64,000 bases of DNA from NCBI GenBank assembly GCA_013426185.1, contig CP058602.1, forward strand, positions 724,582 through 788,581, written 5' to 3'. The position numbers and the translations under genes were made by a program. Positions 17,783 through 27,149 of the stretch are shown one piece after another; positions within the stretch are counted from its first letter, which is position 1; each line of letters begins with the position of its first letter. Below the pieces are notes generated by a model. That model saw only the letters and a list, made by a program, of their open reading frames with translations, had not been told where the DNA came from and made no database searches. Origin of the DNA: Candidatus Woesebacteria bacterium. GTDB lineage: Bacteria > Patescibacteriota > Microgenomatia > UBA8517.

Positions 17783-19633
17783 TTGGCAAAAAAAATGAGC
17801 GACAACAATAACCAAGTTGCTGTAGATAAAACAGAGCTTGTCTGGCCCGGGAAGCGTAGGGAAGTTGAGCGAGTGGAGCTTCCGTTTCAGACGATTGAAA
17901 CTATTAATCTTCCGCGTGGTAGGCGACAAGAATCTATCTTTGAAGCAATCCAAAAACAGCAATCTTTGATTTCTCAACCAGAACAACAAATTCTTAGATC
18001 AGAGGAAGGAGAATGGAAAAATCGACTTATTTGGGGTGACAATCTCTTGGTAATGGGTTCGCTTATTAAAGAATTTGCCGGGAAAATTAATCTCATCTAC
18101 ATTGACCCGCCATTTGCGACCGGCGATGATTTTTCCTTTACCGTAAACATCGGCGACCAAGCGGAAATTACCAAAGAGCCGTCCGCGCTGGAAGTAAAAG
18201 CATATCGCGACACGTGGGGCAAAGGCATGCAATCATACCTTCAAATGATGTATGACCGCCTTGTTTTAATGAAAGAGCTTTTGGCAGATAATGGTTCAAT
18301 TTATGTGCATCTGGATTGGCATGTGGGGCATTATGTAAAAATTTTGATGGATGAAATTTTTGGGAGAGATAATTTTAGGAATGAGATTGTTTGGCGTTAT
18401 GGAAAAATGGCAGCTTCATCTAAAAAGTTTTTGTCGAATCATGATGTAATACTTTTCTATACAAAGAGCTATAATTTCACTTTCAATCAGCAATTTATAG
18501 CGTTGGATAAGCCAATTAAAAGATTGGCTAGGACGGTGCGTGATGGGAAACTCGTAAATGTTAAAGATGAAAAAGGTAATTTAGTATATGTCGAAAAGAG
18601 TGACAGAATAGTTGACGATGTCTGGGATGATATTTCTACGGTTATGCATGCCAGCCCTCAATTTCTTAATTTTCCAACACAAAAACCACAGCTACTACTA
18701 GAGCGAATAATCAAAACTTCAAGTAATGAAGGCGATTTAGTAGCTGATTTTTTCTGCGGCTCCGGTACTACTGGAGTTGTAGCAGAAAAACTTGGCAGGC
18801 GGTGGATTATGTGCGATTTGGGGCGATTTGCCATCCACACTACTCGCAAGCGGCTTTTGGATATGGGAGCAAAGCCGTTTGTGGTGCAAAATCTTGGCAA
18901 ATACGAGCGCCACCGCTGGGTGCAACTTAATGGCAGATACAAAGATTACATCAAGTTTATTTTGGAGCTTTATCATGCTGAACCAGTAGAAGGATTTACA
19001 AATTTACATGGCAAAAAAGGAAGTAGTTTTGTTCGCGTGGGAAGTGTTGATGCGCCGGTAACCCTTTCTGAAATCCGTGAAGCCTTGGAAGAATGTAAAG
19101 AAAATAACATCAGAAAATTAGATGTGCTTGGTTGGGAATGGGAAATGGGTTTACATGATTTGGTAAAAGAGGAAGCAGAAAAATATGGGGTAAAACTTGT
19201 GACCCTGCAAATACCGCGAGAGGTTATGGATATTTCTCCGGCGGAAGCAAAAAAACACGACATTCAATTTTTTGAACTTGCTTATTTAGAAGTTGAGCCA
19301 AAAGTTGAAGGTAGGCACGTAACAATTACACTCAAAGATTTTATCATCCCTAATCCTGAATTATTGCCAGAAGAAATAAAAGGCAAGGTAAAAAGTTGGA
19401 GCGATTTTATTGATTATTGGGCAGTGGACTGGATGTTTAATCAGCATGAGGAAGTGACCGAAGAAGATGATACTTTCCATAATATGAACCAGCACTACCG
19501 CACCCGCAAAGAGCCGAAACTGGAACTTTCAATGGGTTACGAATACAAGAATGCCGGAAAATACAATGTGTTAGTAAAAGTAATAGATATATTTGGAAAT
19601 GACACCACCAAGCTTATACAAATTAAAGTTTAG
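17783..19633 (+). CDS. mod: Type III-like restriction-modification Mod subunit (beta-class N6-adenine DNA methyltransferase)
   Basis: motif IV IYIDPPF precedes motif I FCGSGTTGVVAEKLGRRWIMCD (IV-before-I order). Confidence 0.7.
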   Translation: MAKKMSDNNNQVAVDKTELVWPGKRREVERVELPFQTIETINLPRGRRQESIFEAIQKQQSLISQPEQQILRSEEGEWKNRLIWGDNLLVMGSLIKEFAGKINLIYIDPPFATGDDFSFTVNIGDQAEITKEPSALEVKAYRDTWGKGMQSYLQMMYDRLVLMKELLADNGSIYVHLDWHVGHYVKILMDEIFGRDNFRNEIVWRYGKMAASSKKFLSNHDVILFYTKSYNFTFNQQFIALDKPIKRLARTVRDGKLVNVKDEKGNLVYVEKSDRIVDDVWDDISTVMHASPQFLNFPTQKPQLLLERIIKTSSNEGDLVADFFCGSGTTGVVAEKLGRRWIMCDLGRFAIHTTRKRLLDMGAKPFVVQNLGKYERHRWVQLNGRYKDYIKFILELYHAEPVEGFTNLHGKKGSSFVRVGSVDAPVTLSEIREALEECKENNIRKLDVLGWEWEMGLHDLVKEEAEKYGVKLVTLQIPREVMDISPAEAKKHDIQFFELAYLEVEPKVEGRHVTITLKDFIIPNPELLPEEIKGKVKSWSDFIDYWAVDWMFNQHEEVTEEDDTFHNMNQHYRTRKEPKLELSMGYEYKNAGKYNVLVKVIDIFGNDTTKLIQIKV

Positions 19634-19733
19634 TCAAAGTCATTGCCTGCCCCGTAGTCAGCTTTGCTGTACTACTGGGGATATCTTTGGCAATGACACG
19701 ACGAAATTAATTGAAGTTAAGGTTAAATAATCT

Positions 19734-22508
19734 ATGTCAGACACGACAACAAAACCATATAGAGGTTCGGAGTGGAAGAAGTGGGATTTACAAATCCACA
19801 CTTATCTCGATCCTAACTGGAAGTGGCCTTCTGGATACCCAAATGGGAACGATCGACAGCAAGAGCGTATTGCCAAGTTTGAGAACGACTTTATACGGCA
19901 TTGCATTGAAAATCGAATTGAAGGCGTAGCCATAACCGACCACAATGCTGGCGACGCTATAGATGGCTTATTGGTAAAAAATAGAGAACTTGGAAACAAA
20001 GTCACTATCTTGCCCGGGGTAGAAGTTGCAAGCGACGGAGGTACACACCTACTTATAATTTTTGACCCTTCATCTTTTATTAGAAAAAATCGTTGGAATA
20101 CATGGCGAGAAACAGTAGACCATTTCTTAACCGCAATTTTTACAGACAACCCCCGATTTGAGGAACAGAACGGAAGAAATACTCCACTCAATCCTGCTTC
20201 ATCTATTGACCAAATTATCAAGAAAGCAAAAGAGTATTCTGCGATTGTGATTTTTCCTCATGTTTTTTCGCAAGGAACAGGTTTGTTTAGTTGTGACTCA
20301 CGAACTCGCAAAAGGGTTTTGAAAACCTGCAATATTCTGGATATCGCTTGTGTGCAAAGAGACATACAAAAGAAAACAGATGAAGCGAACCGAAAACTTA
20401 CCGGACAAGGTTTCGATTCTAATGATTTTGCTTTTATAAACACTTCTGACTCCCGCAGAATTGAGGATGTCGGTTCAAAGTTCACTTGGATAAAAGCAGA
20501 TGCTACTTTTGAGGGACTGCGACAAATTATCCACGAACCAAAGACACGTGTCAGTATACAAGAAAATCCTCCTTTGTATTTACACCCGCAAATTATTTCT
20601 GCAAAGTTACTCAATGCAAGTAGTTATCAATCCAAGAAAAGCGATTTTCCACCGATTACGCTAACCAAGGAAATATTTTTTAGTCCAAACTTAACTACAA
20701 TTATTGGCCCGAGAGCGGCTGGAAAAACTGTTTTAGTTGAGCTTATCGGTTATGTAGCGAATAGGTTTTCAACGGATAAAAGAGACAAGAAACTCCCATT
20801 GGTGGAATTTTTAAGTAAAGAGTTTTCTGACATTGAAATAGAGGTAACTTTTCAGAGTGGCGCCGAAGAAGTTACCACACTGAAACGTCCGGTGAAGGAA
20901 TGGAACGACCCTTTTTACACTTCGCCTTTCAAAATTGAGTATTGGGCGCAGGGCGAAATCGAGAGAATAGCAAATAGTTCTAATCAAATATCTGATTATA
21001 TTGAGCAAAATTGGCTTAATTCTGATTTCCTCACCAAAACAAAAAGGGAAATAGAAACTTTGCAGAAAGAGATGAAATCTTTGAGAGGTAACTACTCTAA
21101 CAAACTACAAATAGAGATTGAGAAGAAAAAACTTGAAGCCGAGCGTAAACAAATTGAGGCGTACTTCAACAAATTGAAGGCAGAAGAATACAAGCAGATT
21201 ACTGGAAAGATAAAGGAGAACAGGGTAAAGCGTCAGATGATTGAGGGCTTAGTTCAGGACATTAAGAACCAAGCTGCCCTTCTTAAAAATCTTGCGGTAC
21301 AGGTTAGGTTTTTCAGCACGGTTGATAAAGACAAGGTTTTGGAGCTTTTTAGTGCACGGGATCCGTTGAGAAAAAAGATTGAAGGATTTTATCAACTTAA
21401 GGAAACACAACTGGATGCCATCGTTACTGATTTGGAAACGACAGCGAAAGCAATTGAGGACTCGGATGTTAAAAAATCACTTGATAAAGAAAACACGGAA
21501 CTTATCAAGCAGTTTACTGATTACTGTAAAACTAACGGCATTATGATTAGTAAGGGAGAGGTAGAAAAGCGAAATGATAGGATTAAATTCATTGACCAGC
21601 AAGTATCCAAACTAGAAAGCCAACTCCAAAAATTTGAAGGTGATCAAAAACGACACGGGCAACTTGCTGCTGAATTGAGCACAAAACTAAAACTCTGGGA
21701 AAAAGAAAATAATAAACTCATCAATGGATTCAACAGACAATTTGGGAACACGCAAATTTCCGCCTTTTGGAATAATCCAGCGAGTGAGATTGCTGGCTGG
21801 ATAAAAGCGCAATTTCTAGATTCAAACTCGAATCTGAAAGGATTAATTGAAAAAAACTTTAAGACAAAATCACCGGTGCGAGAAGATTATCTTGCGGATA
21901 TCATAGATGAATTGGTTGATAAGTATGGTGATAAAGCGCGAGAAGAAATTGCTTCTATTCTTAAACAAAACAAAGCGCCAAAACTACAAGATAGTAGTGG
22001 AAAAACGGAAACTATACGCTGGTTTTTTGAAGATGAGAATACAAAGCCTATTCGGGAAGATATTATTATGAGGCTAAATGAGTATGCTGAAACGGGCAAC
22101 AATTATATCAAATACGGAAATAAGGTGCTCGGCAAGGACAGTATGTCTTTTGGTGAACGGTGTGGGACACTTGTTGAACTTATACTGCTGTCCGGCGACC
22201 ATCCATTAATTATTGACCAGCCAGAAGATCACTTGGACGCAAAATTCGTGGCGGAAAGAGTCGTTACTTTAATTCGGGAACAGAAGCCTAATAGACAAAT
22301 TATTATCTGTACGCACAATGCAAATATAGTCGTATTGGGTGATTCGGAATTAGTAACTGCGTTAGCGGTAAGTAGTCGAGACAAAGTAAGTATCGAACAA
22401 GGTTCTCTGGAAAATATCCAGATGAAAAAAACAATTTTTGATGTTTTGGAAGGTGGCGAAAGTGCCTTTAAGAAACGTGAGCAAAAATATGGCGAAGCAA
22501 TCAGCTAA
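19734..22508 (+). CDS. PHP-family phosphoesterase fused to coiled-coil ABC/SMC-like (OLD/AAA15-type) ATPase; Ppl-like defence protein
   Basis: N-terminal His-rich PHP blocks (IHTYLDP, AITDHN, THLLIIFD, FPHVFS), Walker A GPRAAGKT, long coiled coil, C-terminal Walker B/D-loop LIIDQPEDHLD and ICTHNAN. Confidence 0.55.
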   Translation: MSDTTTKPYRGSEWKKWDLQIHTYLDPNWKWPSGYPNGNDRQQERIAKFENDFIRHCIENRIEGVAITDHNAGDAIDGLLVKNRELGNKVTILPGVEVASDGGTHLLIIFDPSSFIRKNRWNTWRETVDHFLTAIFTDNPRFEEQNGRNTPLNPASSIDQIIKKAKEYSAIVIFPHVFSQGTGLFSCDSRTRKRVLKTCNILDIACVQRDIQKKTDEANRKLTGQGFDSNDFAFINTSDSRRIEDVGSKFTWIKADATFEGLRQIIHEPKTRVSIQENPPLYLHPQIISAKLLNASSYQSKKSDFPPITLTKEIFFSPNLTTIIGPRAAGKTVLVELIGYVANRFSTDKRDKKLPLVEFLSKEFSDIEIEVTFQSGAEEVTTLKRPVKEWNDPFYTSPFKIEYWAQGEIERIANSSNQISDYIEQNWLNSDFLTKTKREIETLQKEMKSLRGNYSNKLQIEIEKKKLEAERKQIEAYFNKLKAEEYKQITGKIKENRVKRQMIEGLVQDIKNQAALLKNLAVQVRFFSTVDKDKVLELFSARDPLRKKIEGFYQLKETQLDAIVTDLETTAKAIEDSDVKKSLDKENTELIKQFTDYCKTNGIMISKGEVEKRNDRIKFIDQQVSKLESQLQKFEGDQKRHGQLAAELSTKLKLWEKENNKLINGFNRQFGNTQISAFWNNPASEIAGWIKAQFLDSNSNLKGLIEKNFKTKSPVREDYLADIIDELVDKYGDKAREEIASILKQNKAPKLQDSSGKTETIRWFFEDENTKPIREDIIMRLNEYAETGNNYIKYGNKVLGKDSMSFGERCGTLVELILLSGDHPLIIDQPEDHLDAKFVAERVVTLIREQKPNRQIIICTHNANIVVLGDSELVTALAVSSRDKVSIEQGSLENIQMKKTIFDVLEGGESAFKKREQKYGEAIS

Positions 22509-24981
22509 ACAACAATCGGCATTGCCTCTTGTCCGCGCGTTGCAGCCGGTGGTGGCGGCGTGGCGCGAGGGTGGATACAAAGAAGGCACGAGTGAGACAA
22601 CTCGGCGGCTTTTGGAGTGGTGGTTTTGGGAAGACCACGAATTTGCCGACGGAAAACCTTTTGCTTTTTGGCAAGCGCAAAGAAAAGCGATTGAAAATTT
22701 GATTTATTGCTACGAAGTTTTAGAAACGCGCAGTTTGTATCAGTTAGCGCAACGGCTTGATGCAAGGATCCCAGTTGATCCCAGTTCAGATAAATGGGCA
22801 AAATACGCTTTCAAAATGGCAACAGGTTCAGGCAAAACAATGGTGATGGCAATGGCAATTGTTTGGTCATATTTTAATGCGATAAAAGAAAAGCGAGACG
22901 ATTTTACAAAAAATTTTGTGCTTATTGCGCCAAACTTAATTGTGCTTGATCGTTTAATGGGTGATTCAAAAAATCCAGAATTTTTTGAAGGTGGGATTTT
23001 TAAGAAATTTCCTTTTATTCCACCAGAATGGTCATCAGATTTTCAGCTTGATGTCATCGGGCCTGACGAGGAGCGGGAAAGCACTAAACCTGCGACACTT
23101 TATCTTTTAAACTGGCAAAAATTTGTTGAGCGAGAAAACGGTGAAACAGAAAATCCAGTGCAGGATATTTTGGGCCCAAAACCGCCGAGCGAAATTGCTG
23201 TTTCTTTGGCAAAACTCAAAGACAGATTGTCTCGTCTTTCAAATGTGATGGTAATAAATGATGAAGCGCATCGCGTTTGGAGTGAAGAGCTGGTTTGGTA
23301 CAAAGCGATTGAAAATATGTACAATACTGCAGGTCTTATGTGCCAACTTGATTTTTCGGCAACACCAAAAGACCAACAAGGAAATTTATTTACTCATATT
23401 ATTACTGATTATGATTTGGGAAGTGCAATTGAAGATAATATTGTCAAGCGCCCCAAAATCGCCGAGCTTGAAAACGTGCCAGAAATTGAAAGTAAAAAAG
23501 CATCTGAAAAATATCGTGTTCAAATTGATGCAGGTATTAAGCAGTGGAAAATAATGAGAAAAGCGCTTGCTCCAACAGGCAAAAAGCCGGTAATATTTTT
23601 TGTTACAGAAGATAATAAAGCCGCTGATGAAGTTGCTGAATATCTGCAGACGTTTCCTGAATTTAGCGGAGACAAAACTTTAACTATTCATTCCAGTAGA
23701 GCAAAAGATCAGATTGCTGAAAAAGATTTAGCAAAAGCCCGAAAAGCGGCTCGTGAGATTGACTTGCCAAATAATCCTCATAATGCAATTGTTTCAGTTT
23801 TGATGCTTCGTGAGGGTTGGGATGTAAAAAATGTAGTTGTGGTTGTGCCTTTGCGGTCTTTTAGCGCTAAAGCAAAAATTTTTCCAGAGCAGACACTTGG
23901 TAGAGGTTTGCGCAAAATGTGGCCGGAGCAAAAAGATTTAATAGAGGAATTAATTGTTATAGAGCATCCCGAGTTCCATAATTTAATTGAGCAGGCTCTT
24001 GCTGAACAAGGAGTAAAAATTGAATTTACAAAAATTGATGAAGCATATACACCACCAATTATCATTCAAGTTGAAAAGGGTAAGGAAAAGTTTGATATAG
24101 AAGTGCCAATGCTTTCCGGCGGACTGACACATTCTGTAAAAGGAATTGAGAAATTACAAGCAAGTGCTTTAGAAAAGGGTTTATTTGATTACGACTCTTT
24201 GCAGGCGCGAGATGTTGTGATGCGTAAGGTGGATATGCTCACAAAGAAAGAGGAGGGAAAAGAAATATTAGAATTTCCCTATGCTGATAATCCCCAGATT
24301 TATATTGCAAGTATTGCTAATGCAGTTTTGCGGTTTGCGCGAATACCAGGACATTTTGATAAAATTGCCCCAATTGTTAAGGAATACATTGAAAAATATC
24401 TTTTTGAGAGAGAAGTTAATGTTGAAAGTCTTGAGACATTAAAAAAACTTAATCATCCAAAAGTACGCAGCGCAATAGTTTCTGTTCTTGTCGATGCCAT
24501 AAACAATTTGACAGTAGTCTCAGAAGAGATGAAGCTTGAAAATCGAAGGTCGTGTGCATCAGAAATTAAACCTTTTCCGTGGACAAAAGTTGCTGTAGTA
24601 GCGCAAAAGTGCATATTGAATTTTGTACCAGTTGATAATGATTTTGAAGCGAAGTTTGTGAGATTTCTTGATGGAGCAAATGATGTTGATGCTTTTATTA
24701 AGAACGAAACACGAACAATCAATCTTAAGATTCCGTATATTGCCAAGGACGGATTTTTGCGTCGCTACATTCCCGATTTTATCGTTAAAACGAAAAATGC
24801 AACAGCAATTGTAGAAACAAAGGGACGTGAGGACGTTGACGTGGCGGCGAAGGATTTGCAAGGTAAAAGATGGTGTGAGGAGCTTGGCAAGCGAACTGGA
24901 ACAAGATGGATGTTCTTGCGCATTGACCAAAAGGAATTTGAAAAAGCGAGGTATAACAAGTTTGCAGAATTGATAATCTGA
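22489..24981 (+). CDS. res: Type III-like restriction enzyme Res subunit (SF2 helicase + PD-(D/E)xK nuclease)
   Basis: Helicase motif I (TGSGKT), DEAH box (VINDEAHR) and motif III (SATP), plus a C-terminal nuclease block (IPDF...VETKG). The start was chosen at ATG 22489 (MAKQSAKQQ), overlapping the upstream stop by 20 nt; the longer ORF from 22438 was not used. Confidence 0.7.
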   Translation: MAKQSAKQQSALPLVRALQPVVAAWREGGYKEGTSETTRRLLEWWFWEDHEFADGKPFAFWQAQRKAIENLIYCYEVLETRSLYQLAQRLDARIPVDPSSDKWAKYAFKMATGSGKTMVMAMAIVWSYFNAIKEKRDDFTKNFVLIAPNLIVLDRLMGDSKNPEFFEGGIFKKFPFIPPEWSSDFQLDVIGPDEERESTKPATLYLLNWQKFVERENGETENPVQDILGPKPPSEIAVSLAKLKDRLSRLSNVMVINDEAHRVWSEELVWYKAIENMYNTAGLMCQLDFSATPKDQQGNLFTHIITDYDLGSAIEDNIVKRPKIAELENVPEIESKKASEKYRVQIDAGIKQWKIMRKALAPTGKKPVIFFVTEDNKAADEVAEYLQTFPEFSGDKTLTIHSSRAKDQIAEKDLAKARKAAREIDLPNNPHNAIVSVLMLREGWDVKNVVVVVPLRSFSAKAKIFPEQTLGRGLRKMWPEQKDLIEELIVIEHPEFHNLIEQALAEQGVKIEFTKIDEAYTPPIIIQVEKGKEKFDIEVPMLSGGLTHSVKGIEKLQASALEKGLFDYDSLQARDVVMRKVDMLTKKEEGKEILEFPYADNPQIYIASIANAVLRFARIPGHFDKIAPIVKEYIEKYLFEREVNVESLETLKKLNHPKVRSAIVSVLVDAINNLTVVSEEMKLENRRSCASEIKPFPWTKVAVVAQKCILNFVPVDNDFEAKFVRFLDGANDVDAFIKNETRTINLKIPYIAKDGFLRRYIPDFIVKTKNATAIVETKGREDVDVAAKDLQGKRWCEELGKRTGTRWMFLRIDQKEFEKARYNKFAELII

Positions 24982-25252
24982 CTTTACCCACCGCCGACTT
25001 TTCCGCCTTGCGCCAATCCATACTAGCGCAAGCATTTAATCAAAGTAAAGAATTCTGATGTTTCATTCGTTGTAATTTATAGTTTTATTCGTTAAAGTTT
25101 TTTCTAAAGTTCTATTGAACGATTAACTTTTGTTATGTTTTGTCATTAATCGGGTGATTGTAGTTTGTCTATTGTTTGGAATTTGTAATTTCATTCGATA
25201 ATCTATAATCCAAATTCTATAATCAGAGTTTTGGGTTTGGTATAATACTCTT
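24982..25252. repeat. modular repeat region (right flank of R-M island), ends in TGGTATAAT extended -10 7 nt before mutM ATG
   Basis: modules ttggaatttgtaatttcattcgataatctataatccaaattctataatc; TGgTATAAT at 25238-25246. Confidence 0.6.
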
Positions 25253-26119
25253 ATGCCGGAACTTCCTGAGGTAGAAGCGGTTCGAGTCAAGCTTTCAGAT
25301 TTTCTTTCAGGCCATAGGATTGAAAGCGTTGAAATTCGAAATAGTAAAACTTTTATTGGTGACTTTAAGGAAGTAATTGGGGCAAAATTTTTGAGCTTCC
25401 GTCGTTTTGGCAAGGTTTTGGTTCTTGATCTTGATAATAATTATTCTCTTTTAGTTCATCTTAAGCTAACAGGACAACTTATTTATCGTGGCCCAAAACT
25501 TCCTAATCCGCCACCTCTTTCTAAAAAGGTAATAGGGGGTATCCCTGGCCCTCACACTCTTGTTATTTTCAACCTTGATAGAAACGGCAAACTTTACTAC
25601 AACGATATTAGAAAGTTTGGCTGGATTAAACTTGAGGAAACAGATAAAGTGGGGGAGGAAAAATTTATAAAAGCCCTTGGACTTGAGCCACCTGTCTTTG
25701 AAAATCAAAGTGGCGAAGTTTTGTCTTTGGCTTCTTTTGCTCAAATTTTGTCAAAGACAACGCGACCTATAAAAATTGTTCTTATGGATCAAAATAAAAT
25801 TGCAGGAGTTGGCAACATTTATGCCAACGATGCTTTATGGCTTGCGGGAATTGACCCCAGGAGGCCTTCTAACTCTCTTAGCTCAAAAGAAGTAGAAAAG
25901 TTGTTCAAAAGTATGATAGAAGCCCTTAAAGAAGGTATAAAAAGAGGTGGTTCAAGTGAGAACACTTTTGTGACGCCAGAGGGTGTTGAAGGGGAGTATC
26001 AGGATTTTACCCTTGTTTACGGTCGAGATAAAGAGAAATGCAAAAGGTGTGGTGCGGAAATTAAAAAGATTCAACTTTCAGGTCGTGGAACATATTTTTG
26101 CCCTCATTGTCAGAAATAA
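25253..26119 (+). CDS. mutM: formamidopyrimidine-DNA glycosylase
   Basis: MPELPEVE N-terminus, C-terminal zinc finger CKRCG...CPHCQK. Confidence 0.9.
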   Translation: MPELPEVEAVRVKLSDFLSGHRIESVEIRNSKTFIGDFKEVIGAKFLSFRRFGKVLVLDLDNNYSLLVHLKLTGQLIYRGPKLPNPPPLSKKVIGGIPGPHTLVIFNLDRNGKLYYNDIRKFGWIKLEETDKVGEEKFIKALGLEPPVFENQSGEVLSLASFAQILSKTTRPIKIVLMDQNKIAGVGNIYANDALWLAGIDPRRPSNSLSSKEVEKLFKSMIEALKEGIKRGGSSENTFVTPEGVEGEYQDFTLVYGRDKEKCKRCGAEIKKIQLSGRGTYFCPHCQK

Positions 26120-26122
26120 ATT

Positions 26123-27091
26123 ATGGATATTTTAAAAGAGAAAATCATTTTAGTTTTCCGCAAGTCAAAAACATTATTTAGAAAAAGGCGAAAGTGGTTT
26201 TTGGCAATTTTTGTTTTTTTAGCCTTAGGGTGGTTGAGCGGTTTTGGAGTAGGCTGGTGGTGGTCTCATGGTCGTCTTTCTAAATTTCCTGAGACGAGTT
26301 CCGACACTCGTCTTTTGATTTTGTCTCCTCATCCTGATGATGAGATCTTAATAGCTGGTGGTTTAATTCAAAGAATCATTAGAAATGGCGGTAATGTAAA
26401 AGTTGTTTATTTAACTACAGGGGATTCAAGTGTTTTTAGTTTAATTAAGAGTGACAAGAGTCTAAGGCTTACTCCTGGTCAGTTTGTAGATTTGGCCAAT
26501 CGTCGTCATGATGAAGCCTTGTCCACAACTAAGGTTTTAGGTCTTAATGAGAGTGATTTGTTTTTCTTAGGGTTTCCAGATCAGGGTTTAAGAGAGGTTT
26601 TAGCAAGAGAAAAAGGAGACCCGCGTGGCCCTGTTGTTTCAAGAGCAACCAAGCTTGATCATGTTGCTTACAGCTGGGCTTACAAGGATGGACAGGAGTA
26701 TTATGTAGACAATCTTGAAGCTGATTTGATTGAGATTTGCAACTCCTTTAAACCGAATTTAGTAATTACCACCCATCCTATGGACACCCATCCTGATCAC
26801 AAAGCTGCTTCTGAGATAGCTGAGATGTTAAAAAACAGACTTAGTTTCAAATTTGATTTATATTTAGCACTGGTTCATTATCGGGATTATCCTCCGCATG
26901 GATTTATCTATCCGCCCAAAAAGCTTTTTAATGATCGCTGGCTTAGCTTTGAGTTAACGGAGGTTGAGATGAAAAATAAAATGGAGTCTTTGGACAAGTA
27001 TTCCTCTCAAGTTGGTGGTTATGACAAGATTTGGTATCTACGTTTTGTAGCGCCAAACGAGATCTTTGAGAGGTATGAATCTCTCTTTTAA
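26123..27091 (+). CDS. PIG-L/LmbE family N-acetylglucosaminyl deacetylase
   Basis: SPHPDDE metal-binding motif. Confidence 0.7.
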   Translation: MDILKEKIILVFRKSKTLFRKRRKWFLAIFVFLALGWLSGFGVGWWWSHGRLSKFPETSSDTRLLILSPHPDDEILIAGGLIQRIIRNGGNVKVVYLTTGDSSVFSLIKSDKSLRLTPGQFVDLANRRHDEALSTTKVLGLNESDLFFLGFPDQGLREVLAREKGDPRGPVVSRATKLDHVAYSWAYKDGQEYYVDNLEADLIEICNSFKPNLVITTHPMDTHPDHKAASEIAEMLKNRLSFKFDLYLALVHYRDYPPHGFIYPPKKLFNDRWLSFELTEVEMKNKMESLDKYSSQVGGYDKIWYLRFVAPNEIFERYESLF

Positions 27092-27149
27092 AAAAGATGA
27101 AATGAGTGTTTACACTATGTGATGCATTGATTACTAGCTTTTTGACAAA

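Noticed and set aside
19711-19929. 72-aa ORF spanning the mod-ppl spacer
   Set aside because: It overlaps the well-supported PHP-ATPase start in another frame. The spacer is better explained as the duplicated mod 3' remnant.
22438-22488. N-terminal extension of the Res ORF
   Set aside because: The extension overlaps the last 70 nt of the upstream gene. The ATG at 22489 (MAKQSAKQQ) gives a 20-nt coupling overlap typical of operons.
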